Source: Sphyrna mokarran (lineage: Eukaryota). Taken from it: DNA of 64,000 bases. Both the position numbers and the translations under genes were made by a program. Positions 38,030-48,250 of the stretch are shown piece by piece; within the stretch, counting starts at the first letter, position 1; each line of letters starts with the position of its first letter. The notes beneath the pieces were generated by a model. That model worked only from the letters and a program-made list of their open reading frames with translations. It had not been told where the DNA came from and searched no databases. Where the stretch lies: assembly GCA_024679065.1 (NCBI GenBank), contig JAGIQG010000013.1, positions 18,662,001 to 18,726,000 on the forward strand. The letters run 5' to 3'.

Positions 38030-39240
38030 ACAATAGAGAGAGAACATAGTTATGGAAAAGGACAAAGATAGAGCAGGAGTTAAAGTTCAAAATTGGGGTA
38101 AGGTTAATTTTATAGTTTGCAGAAACAGCTACTTGATAGTAAATCAGTGATAAGACAGTGAGCGCCAGGGATTCAGATTCGATTCCTGGTTTCAGTCACT
38201 GTCTGTGTGGAGTTTGCATGTTCTCCCCATGATTATATGTGTTTCCTCTGAGTGGTTAAGCGTGTTGATCCGAACAGGCGCTGGACCTCAGTGACTAGGG
38301 GAATTTCACAGTAATGTGACTGCAATGTTAACGTAAATCTTACTTGTGACTAATGAGTATTTTTTTTTAAAAAAGCATTCAAAGGGAGATTATGGAGTTC
38401 TGAAAATACATGTTCCTACAAAGAGAAAGGGTGAATGGCTAGAGCTGGAACGCCCCTTGATGTCATGTAACATACAGGATTATAATGTAGAAAAGGAAAG
38501 CCAATGTAGGGATGAACTTCTGAGGATGTATAACACTCTGGTCAGACCCCATGTGGAATACTGTGAGCAGTTTTGGACCCTGTATCTAAGAAAGGATGTG
38601 CTGACCTTGGAATGGTTCCAGAGGAAGTTCACAAGAGTAATCCCTAAAATCCACTGTCATATGATGAATGGTTGAGGACTCTGCGTCTGTATTTGTTTGA
38701 GTTCTGATGTGGAAATGCCAACATTGGGTTGGGGTAAACTTAGTAAGAAGTCTCACAACACCAAGTTAAAGTCTAACCAGTTTATTTGATAGAAAATCCA
38801 CAAGCTTTCGGGGTCACTGATTGGACTTTAACCTGGTGTTGTGAGACTTCTTACCTCATTGAAATTTAGCAGATGAGTGGGGTTCTTATTGAAACTTACA
38901 GGATATTGCAAGGTCTGGATAAAGTGGACATGGAGAGGATGTTTCCACTAATAGGAAAAACTAGAAGCAACAACTTCAGGCTAAAGGGATGATCCTGTAA
39001 AGCAGAAATGAGGAGGAATTTCTTCAGTCAGTGAGTGGTGAGTCTGTGGACCTCTTTGCCGCAGAAAGCCAGGTCATTGAGTGTTTTTAAGACAGAGATG
39101 GATAGGTTTTTGATTAATAAGAGGATCTGGGATTACGGGGAAAAGGCAGGGGAAAGAGATGAGAAAAATATCAGCCATGATTGAATGGTGGAACAGACTC
39201 AATGAGCCGAGTGGCCTAATTCTGCTCCTATATCTATGGT
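38030..39240 (+). mobile_element. Degraded CR1 with nested V-SINE (38160-38360) and palindromic Penelope-like piece (38706-38855)
   Basis: MYNTLVRPHVEYCEQFW; CR1 tail at ~39200-39240. Confidence 0.8.
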
Positions 39241-41840
39241 ATTACAGAAAGTCAAAAGGGGTTTAGGGAATGTAGGGGTAAAATCAAAAAGCAAATTAGG
39301 AAAGTAAAGAGTGGTATGAAAAAATATTGGTGAGTAAAGTCAAGAAGAACCCAGAGTTGTTTTATCAATGCATTACATGGGCAGCATAGTGGCACAGTTG
39401 AAAGCAATGCTATCTCACAGCTCCAGGGAGTTGAGTTCAATTTGGATGACTTTGTCGAGTTTGCATATTTTCCCCCTGTCTTCATGGGTTTCCTCTGGGT
39501 ACTCCGGTTTCCTCCCAGAGTCCTAAGATGTGTGGCATTACGGGGAAGAGGTGGGGGCTAGGGCCTGGGTAATATGCTATGTCAGGAAGTAGGTACAGAC
39601 TCAATATATTCAATGGCCTCTTCCGTACTCATGATGTAAAGATGCCGGCGTTGGATTGGAGTGGTAAGAACTCAGTAAGAATTCTTACTCTTCCGTACTG
39701 TCAGGATTCTATGATTAAGAGTAAGAGGATAACCAAGGAAGGAGCAGGGCCTATAAAAGATGAAAAAATAACCTGTGTGTAGAGGCAGAAGTTGTCTTGG
39801 ACATATAAGTTGGACAGCAGGGTGGCACAATGGTTTGCACTGCTGCCTCACAGCGCCAAGGACACGGGTTCGATTCCCAGTTTGGGTTACTATCTGTGTG
39901 GAGTTTGCACGTTCTCCTTGTGTCTGCGTGGGTTTTCTCCAGGTGCTCTGGTTTCCTCCCACCGTCTGAAAGACATGCTGGTTAGGTGCATTGACCCGAA
40001 CAGGCTCCAGAGTGTGGCAACAAGGGGAATTTCACAGTGACTTCATTGTAGTGTTTATGTAGGCCTTACATGTGACTAATACATTAACTTTAGCTGTGTG
40101 GATATTGATAAATATCTTGAATCTGTGTTCACAAAAGTGGGCCGATGCAGACATTGTAGTGGAGGAGGTATACGGGGTATTGGATGTGATGAACATAGGG
40201 AGTGAAGCAATATTAAGGAGATGAGCTTCTAATAGCTGGAATTCTCTGGTCCAAGACCCTGACCAGACCATTAATATCTTCCTGCAGTCTACAGCTTCCC
40301 TCCTATTAACCATGCGGCCAATTTTTGTGTCATCTGCAAACTTTATGCCTCCTACATTTAATCCAATTGATCAGAATATTCCACAGAAAATGGGGACCTA
40401 GTACTGAGTTCTGTGGAGGCCCAATGGGAACAATCTTCTAGTCACAAAACACTTGTCAATCATTGCCCTTTATTTCCTGAGCCAAGCTTGATGGGTTTTA
40501 ACTTTTTCTACCAGTCTGCCATCTGGGGCTTTGCTAAACTCCATGTAAATCTTACCAACTGCACTACCTTCATCAATCTTTTTTATTATCTCCTCAATAA
40601 ATTCAATCGTTAATCAGATACAATCTTCCCTTAACAAATCCTTGTTGACTGTTCTTGATTACTCCATGCCTTTTGAAGTGGCAGTTTATCCTGTCTCAGA
40701 ATTCAGATTCCAAAAATTTGCCTACTGAGATTAGGCTGATTGGTCTGAACTTACTCAGTCTATGACTCAATTGTTTATTAAACAAAAATAAAATGTTAGG
40801 AGTCCTCCAGTCATCTGGCACAATGCCTGTACCCAATTAATTATAGTCAGAGCATCTACTGTTTCTTTCCTGGTTTTTTTTAACAGCCTGGGGCACAGTT
40901 AATCAGACACATCGGGCAAGATCCTCCAGCCTATCAGCTGTGTGTTTCCTGCCGGGGAGGGGAGGAGGCAGGTTATTTGTTAGTGGCGGGATTCTCCGGG
41001 CCCACCACTGTCAATGGGAATTCCATTGACATCACCCCACACCAATGGGAAATCTGGGGCTGCGCTGTGGTGGCTGCCAAAGTGAGAGAATTCCAGCTAT
41101 TAGAAGCTAACCTCCTTAATACAGCTTCACTCCCTATGTTCATCACATCCAATACCCTACATACCTCCTCCACTACAATGTCTGCATTGGCTCACTTTTG
41201 TGAACACAGATTCAAGATATTTATCAATATCCACACAGCTCAAGTTAATGTATTAGTCACACATAAGGCCGACATAAACACTGCAATGAAGTCACTGTGA
41301 AATTCCCCTTGTTGCCACACTCTGGAGCCTGTTCGGGTCAATGCACCTAACCAGCATGTCTTTCAGACTGTGGGAAGAAACCAGAGCACCCAGATAAAAC
41401 CCACGCAGACACAAGGAGAACGTGCAAACTCCACACAGATAGTGACCCAAACTGGGAATCAAACCTGCATCCTTGGCACTGTGAGGCAGCAGTGCAAACT
41501 ACTGTGCCACCCTTACATTGTCCAAGACAACAAAAAGATGGCAAATAGAATTCAACAGGGATAAATTGGGGCATAGATTTAAAGAGGCAGGAGACTGAGA
41601 GGGAATGTGAGGAAAAGCTTTTTCACTCAAAGACTGATAGGAGTCTGAAGCTCACAGCCTGAAAGGGTGGTTGAGGTACGGACCCTCATAATATTTAAGA
41701 AGTATCCAGATGTGCATTTGCCATGTCAAGCATTCAAGGCTGAGCCAAGTACTGGAAAATGGGATTAGAATAATTAAACGGTTTGTCTTTGTCTGATGTA
41801 GACACAATGGGCCGCAGGGCTTTCTTTATGCTGTATACCT
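39240..41840 (+). mobile_element. Rearranged CR1 with nested V-SINEs; internal inversion 40248-41531 and duplicated arm
   Basis: CR1 motifs read + on the flanks and - in 40248-40905; inverted arms at 39791-40247 and 41085-41531. Confidence 0.75.
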
Positions 41841-41842
41841 GG

Positions 41843-42200
41843 AATCATAAAATGCTGCGCAGAAAGAAGCCATTCAGCCCATAGAGTCTGCACAACTCTC
41901 TGACAGAGTAACTAACTAGGCTCTTTCCCTCACATTATCCCTGTAACTCCATACATTTATTATGGCTAATCCATCTAACCTATTCATTTTAGGACACTGA
42001 GAGGCAATTTAGCGCGGCCAATTCTCCTAATCTGCACATCTTTGGACTGTGGGAGGAAACTGGAGAACTCAGAGAAAACCCATGGAGACCACAGGGAGAA
42101 TGTGGAGACTCTGCTCAGACAGTCACTTAAAGTCGGAATTGAACTCAGGTCCCCAGGGCTGTGAGGCAGCAATTCTAACCATTGTGCCAACATGCTGCCA
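41843..42200 (-). mobile_element. V-SINE, tail type B
   Basis: tRNA head at right, V-domain, gaatcata...gaagccattcagccc tail at left. Confidence 0.8.
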
Positions 42201-42209
42201 TCTCTAGAC

Positions 42210-42960
42210 TAAACATGAGCTGACACATTTGTGAAGTCAAACAATGCAAAGGAACATACAATAAATGGGAGAATACTGAGAGGTGTTGAGGAAGTGAGGG
42301 AGCTTGGGGTGCATGTCCACAAATCTCGGAAGATAGCAGGCCAGGTTGCTAAATTGGTTAATATGGCACGTGAAATATTTTCCTTTATTTGCTGATTCAC
42401 AGAATATAAGAGCAGGGAGGTTATTCGGAAGCTATGTAACACACTAGTTAAGCCATAACTTATTGTGTGCAGTCACCTTATTAGAAAAGAGTGTAATTGC
42501 AATAGGAAAAGTACAATGGAGATTTACGAGGGCAGTGTCTGGTCTGCGAAATTGCAGCTAAGAGGAAACATTGGGTGGGCTGAAGTTATTTTCCTTGGAT
42601 TAGAGGAGGCTGAGGGGAGATCTGATTGAGGTGTACAAGGTTATGAGGAGCCTGGATTAGGGGGGATAAGAAGGACCATTCCCCTTTCGGAGTGAGGTTA
42701 GTGACTAGAAGGCATAGCTTTGAAGTGATTGATAGAAGGATTAGATGGGAGATGAAGAAAAATATTGTGACCCAGAAGGTGGTAGGGATCTGGAACTCAC
42801 TGCCTGGAAGGGTATTAGAGGCAGAAACTCATGCATCTAAAGTCCAATACCTTCCAGGGCTACAGACCAAGTGCTGGAGAATGGTATTAGGCTGAATGGT
42901 TCATTTCTTGTCATTGCAGACATTTGCAGAGTGGCCTCCTGTATCATAATGTTATCTACA
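42210..42960 (+). mobile_element. Degraded CR1 3' fragment
   Basis: gaggaggctgaggggagatctgattgaggtgtacaag; VVGIWNSLPGRVLEAET. Confidence 0.8.
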
Positions 42961-44204
42961 TTTTCTGAATTTTCTAAAGATCTGAAAGGGAAGAATGTGC
43001 AGGGACAAGGGGAAAGAGCAGGCGAGTGGCACTATATAAACTGTTCCTTAGGAGAGTAAGCATGACACAATGGACCAGATGGCTAACTTCTGCATTGTAA
43101 CAAATCCAACGATTCTGCACACAAGCTGATCTGCATTGTATCAGTTTGCTTTGCAAACTATCTTTCCACTAACTATCCTCTAGTTGCTCTTTCGGAATTC
43201 ATATCCTTATCATTTTAGATTATGAACTGACCAATAAGAGGTAATATTGTTTCCTTCCTCCAGAGATTGACCTTAATGCTTGAATTACAAATGTACAAAT
43301 TTTGGAAGTTCCATGCCCACACATTTTCACAGTTTCATCACCATGTTATAACAGTCCAGCACTTTTACAGTTCTGCCTACATTTGCTCTACTGATGCTGC
43401 CCTGACATATAGGCAAATGTAGATTTGATTTTGTGAATGACGGAAACATGACTTTACATGCTATAAACGATGGAAAATTATAACGGTAGTCTAAAAGAAT
43501 TTGTTACAGTGAGGCAAGTTCACTGTTGCACTATCTGCTATTCACCTGATGTTTCAAGTTGATGAGCATAGCTTCTCAAGTCGCTATTACCTGTTTTAAT
43601 TGCATTTGAAATAAATTCCAATTCAAGAAAGAGCACACTTATAATCAGAACACAAAAACTAACTTTCATATTGAATCTGCAATACAGTCAAATTCTCAAT
43701 CCATCTAAAGTTGCTCAAAACAAAATTAATACTCTGGTCAAAGGCTGAAATTATATTCGGACAAAAAAACTACCAACTTAAGAACTGTGACAAATGGGTT
43801 CAACTACCATATTTAAGACGGAGATGTTTGTTCGCCTTCATTGTTAAACATCCATTCAAACAATCAACCCAGAGATTAATAGCAAGTTCTTTTTTAATTA
43901 TCCGATCAGCTTATATTTCTACTTTTCATTTTCTCATCAGCTAATTTTTTCTATCATGTTTTCTACTTTTTTTGTTGTATTGGTTCTTCCTCATTCATTC
44001 TGTTTACTATCCTCGGCAATCTTTACTCCCATCCATTGTTTCTTCCTTTAGCTAGGAGTGTTGCACATACAGGAGTACAGTGCTGCTGTGGGGCTGGGTT
44101 CTGCTCAGCAGTATTAATGGCTCTAGGCCTCATGTTACATCAGGAATAGTGCGTCCTTACATGGTGTCTGTCAGAGTGTTCAGAAATATAATGAACATTG
44201 TGCT

Positions 44205-44490
44205 TTGATTTGATTTGATTTGATTTATTATTCTCACATATATTAGCATATAGTGAAATGTACTGTTTCTTGCAACCTATACAGTCACAGCATTCTGTTC
44301 ATAGAGAAGGAAATGAAAGCGTGCATAATGTAGTGTTACAGTCATATCTAGGGTGTAGATAAAGATCAACTTAATGCAAGGTACATCCATTCAAAAGCGA
44401 CGGTAGCAGGGAAGGAGCTGTTCTTGAGTCGGTTGATACGTGACCTCTGACTTTTGTACCATTTTCCCAACGGAAGAAGGTGGAATATAT
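44205..44490 (-). mobile_element. Rex1/Babar 3' fragment with (tttga)n tail
   Basis: Matches 16042-16320. Confidence 0.8.
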
Positions 44491-44812
44491 GAGTTCAGGA
44501 AACAAGTTCTTAAAAATTTAAGGAAATTAAAATGCTTGCTTACAAACGAAAACTGAAACTTAAGCCATTTCCCTCTTAAATATAGTAGTCGGGCCCAGTT
44601 ATCACATTTCTTGAGCCCCAATAGTTTTTTTATCTTAATATAATTTTGTACTTTAACCAGAGTATTCATCTTTTTCGCAACTCTTGGGTGGATTTAGAAC
44701 TTAATGACATTGCAGACTCAAACTGAAAGTTAGTGTTTGTGTTCTGACTACAGGCATGTATTTGAATCGGACATCATAGGGACAATATTGAAACAGCAGA
44801 AAGGATGCTTAC

Positions 44813-44926
44813 CTTTCTGACGGTTTGCTGTACAGTAGATAACATTCATCACAAGCGAAGTCATCAAAGCTAAAACAGTAATACCTAACAGCCACCAAAT
44901 TCCAAGGTGGCATTTGGTTAAATCAT
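44813..44926 (-). CDS. TRAT1: TRAT1 exon 2, transmembrane (DDLTKCHLGIWWLLGITVLALMTSLVMNVIYCTANRQK), phase 1 to 1
   Basis: Short ectodomain with Cys then a hydrophobic helix, like human GCPFFLWGLLALLGLALVISLIFNI; ttttacag acceptor, aag|gtaagc donor. Confidence 0.9.
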
Positions 44927-45895
44927 CTGTAAAAATAAATGAGCAGTTGTTATTGCATGTTTTAGCTTCCTCAAGAATAAAGGTTTCTGACTCTGCTTTG
45001 ATACATTGTTATCTAAATGCTTCCATCCTAACATACAGGCCACATGTTCTTTTTAGCTCTAATGGTTTAGGCTTTGAGAGATGGATGGCCAGTCATTGCT
45101 GGCAGGTCAGCAGTGATTAGGTAGGCAAGAACCCTATTCAGAATTCTGACTAAAGGTTTAAGCCGGGCAATGAAAATGTTAAAAGAGAGGCAAACAAAAC
45201 AGTCCTTGGCCTCTTCCAGTTTTATGTGTTCCATCTACCAAGTCCACTCCTCTCATTCCATATTTCGAAGAAAGCTGCGACAAAATTTCTATTCTCCATC
45301 CTTAAAAGTAAATGTAACAAAAGCAGACAGTAATTCAGGTTGGAGAGCAGTGTCCTTATTCGTGCTCCAGTGTCTGCAAGTCTCCAGTCCTGATTATTAC
45401 TTCACCATTCCCCCAGCTTTATTTTAAAAAAAAGATTAAGTTGATGCCCATGTTACTAACAGGATGGTGGTGTTGGTGAAGTTTCCTACCCTTTGTAGAA
45501 GGGACTAATCTCCAGATCATCACAGATTCAGAAAGAAACAAGTTTAAACAGTCGAAAATGCTAGCGATTCCCAACGCACTTTACAATCTGACAATATACC
45601 AAATCGTCAAATTTATTCTGGTGTATTCATGCTGGTTGGAGTGAGTACGCTGTAACCGTATGTGGCCCCAATGCCACAATAATAACTATCCCCTGACATT
45701 TTTGTTTTGATTGCGGGTTTATTGTTGCCAGCTACTAAAAAGCAACCTTGCAATCTTTACAAGCAAATAAACAATCCCTGTACAATTAACCGAATCATCT
45801 TACACACTGCAAAGAAAACTAACTACGTTTCCAGAGCTCTGTTTTGTTCACATTCCGGAAAGCTACCTTTGCAGCGACTAGGATGAATAACCTAC

Positions 45896-45899
45896 CCAT
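45896..45899 (-). CDS. TRAT1: TRAT1 exon 1 coding part (ATG G)
   Basis: acaATGG|gtaggt: strong Kozak context and a phase-1 donor joining exon 2 to give MDDLTKC. The spliced CDS is 588 nt (195 aa). Confidence 0.65.
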
Positions 45900-46029
45900 T
45901 GTATTCCCCAGGTTGTAATCCTCAGTCCTGGAACAGCGCCTGATGCAGACGGAGTCATCTGAATTTCCCCAGTGCTCACTGCTACGCTTCCTCCAGTCTG
46001 TACATATCTGGGGCTGTCTCGTACATTCA

Positions 46030-46180
46030 GAGCAACAGGAAATCGCTGACTTTGTTGCAACATTGCATTCACACCAGAACCCTGGGCACCACGTTTCTCA
46101 CTGATAATCTAATGTCAAAAATATGAAAAGGAAAGGCATAGACATTGAGAGACAAGCGAGGAAGTGATGCCTGGTGACAC
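46030..46180 (-). promoter_or_regulatory. Candidate TRAT1 proximal promoter
   Basis: ETS-type sites acaggaaat (~46035) and gaggaagtga (~46158) and GATA site ctgataa (~46101), 130-270 bp upstream of the ATG. Motif evidence only. Confidence 0.4.
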
Positions 46181-46259
46181 TTTTTCATGCGTGTTTCTTA
46201 TCTGCATTCGCTATTAACATCTATAACGAAAATAACAGGCAATAAGCAGAAAATGCTCG

Positions 46260-46560
46260 AATCATTGAGAACCTACAGTGCAAAAGAGGCCATTCGGCCC
46301 TTCGAGCCTGCACTGACAACGCAGCCACCCAGGCTCAATAGCATAACCCCCACGTATTTACCCTGTTAGTCCCCCTGACGCGAAGGGGCAATTTATCATG
46401 GGCCATCCGCCAAACCTATACATCTTTGGACTGTGGCGAGAAACCCACGCAGTCACGGGCAAAATGTGCAAACTCCACATAGCCACTGACCCGAGGCCAG
46501 AACTGACCCCAGGTCCCTGGCGTGGGAGGCACAGCTAGATACAGTGCCACATACTGCCCC
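46260..46560 (-). mobile_element. V-SINE, tail type B, CpG-retaining
   Basis: tRNA head, V-domain, gaggccattcggccc tail. Confidence 0.8.
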
Positions 46561-47167
46561 TACTCAAAGCAGGTGAGAGTTAGTTGCGTTCGCCCAATGT
46601 ATTTCATTTCCTTTCAAATCCTTTGGGTTTGGCAGTTTATTCCAATGGTACCCTCAAAGCTGTAGGGATGCACAATAATTGATGTGGCTTCATTCATCAA
46701 TGCTGCTTATCTGGTGTAGCGGCAAGAATTCCAGTTTAATTGAGGCGACTATTATGGAATGATTCACTGAGATAAATCTTAGCCATCAGGTCGTACCTCA
46801 ATTTATATGAGAGGGTCTATATGCGAACAAGACGTGTTTCATCACGGGTTGTAATGGACTCCAGCGAACATTCAAGAATGAATTAATCTCAGGGATTTAA
46901 GGTGAAGATAACCAGGATATTTCCCTGAATGCTCTCATACCCAGAACCATCACGGACCTGGAATTGGAATCATTTTCCAAAGACGTACTTCATAGTCTTG
47001 CATTTGTCCTAGAAACAATAGTCACGGAACTTGATATATTGTGCGAAGAACTGTTACCATCAAACGTTATTGTGTTCCATCGAATTGGACAAGAACATCC
47101 ATTCTGCTGAGCTGATCCTTACCAAACTTCATAATTCAGTCAATCTCCTCGCAATCTGCTTCATTTA

Positions 47168-47775
47168 ACCCTCTCAGCCCCTCCATCTCACTCCCCCCAT
47201 CTTTCCCCTCTATCTCCTCTCCCTCTATCTTTCCACCTATCTTCCCCCTACTATTCCTCCTCTTCTATCTTTCCTCCTCTATCCCCCCGTTCCTCCCCGT
47301 CTATCTCTCTCCCTTTACCTTCCCATCTTTCCCTCACTCTATCTCTCCCCCTCTATCTCTCCTCCCTCTATCTTCCTCCTCTACCTCTCCCCATCTCGCC
47401 CTCTCTACCCCATCTAACTCTCCCCTCCATCTCCTTCTCTATCTCTCCCCCTCCTCGATCTCTCTATCTTCTCCCTCAACCTTCCCCATCTTTACCCTCC
47501 ATCTCTCCCCATCTCCCCTTTATCTCCCCCCTCTCCCCTATTTCTCTCCCCATTCCCCGCTCTATCTCTTTCCATTTATCTCTTCCCCCTCTACCTCTCG
47601 CCCTCCTCTCTCTTCCACCCTCTATCTTTCCCCCTTCTATCTCTCCCCCTCTACCACTGCCTTTTCTCCCTCTCTCTCCCCCTTCTGTCCCTCCATCTCT
47701 CCCATCCACCTCTCCCTATCTACCCCCTCCATCTCTCCCCTCTCTATCTCTCCCACCCCCCTCCCAGCCCCACCA
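47168..47775. repeat. ~600 bp polypyrimidine low-complexity tract (ccctctatct-like units)
   Basis: Almost entirely C/T on + with scattered A. Confidence 0.95.
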
Positions 47776-47829
47776 TTTGCTTTCCCGAGTTCATTCTATA
47801 TTCACCCCTACCCCGTCCCCCAACCCCCG

Positions 47830-48250
47830 CCACTCTGGTGCCAATGAGCAATGTTTCTCATTGGTAAAGAAGTTTCCGTATTGGATTCATTAGAGGTTAT
47901 TTTAAAAAAAATATGGTTCCTGGTTTCGGTGCCCCAACGCTAATGGAAACAACTCTACTCCTACCCCACCAAACCCATTTAACATCTCAAATACCTCAAT
48001 CCGCTTATCCTTCAACGTCCCTCATCTAGAGAAAAGTTCAATCTTTCCCGATAGTTGAAATCTCTCAATGTCTTTTTATATTTTGTATGCATTTCCCCAA
48101 ACCTCCAATATATATTTTTAGGACTGGAAAAGGAGAATTGTTCACATTACTCCCAAATGAGGTCTAACCAGGTTTCCGTACCAGTTAACTGTAACTTCTC
48201 TGCTTTTGACTCCAGAAGTGAACGCTAGTATTGTGCTTGTTTTTATTATT
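47830..48250 (-). mobile_element. Degraded CR1 3' fragment
   Basis: gaattgttcacattactcccaaatgaggtctaaccagg is the reverse of the LVRPHLEYC motif. Confidence 0.6.

Noticed and set aside
47476-47709. Gly/Arg/Glu-rich ORF
   Set aside because: Artefact of the low-complexity CT tract.
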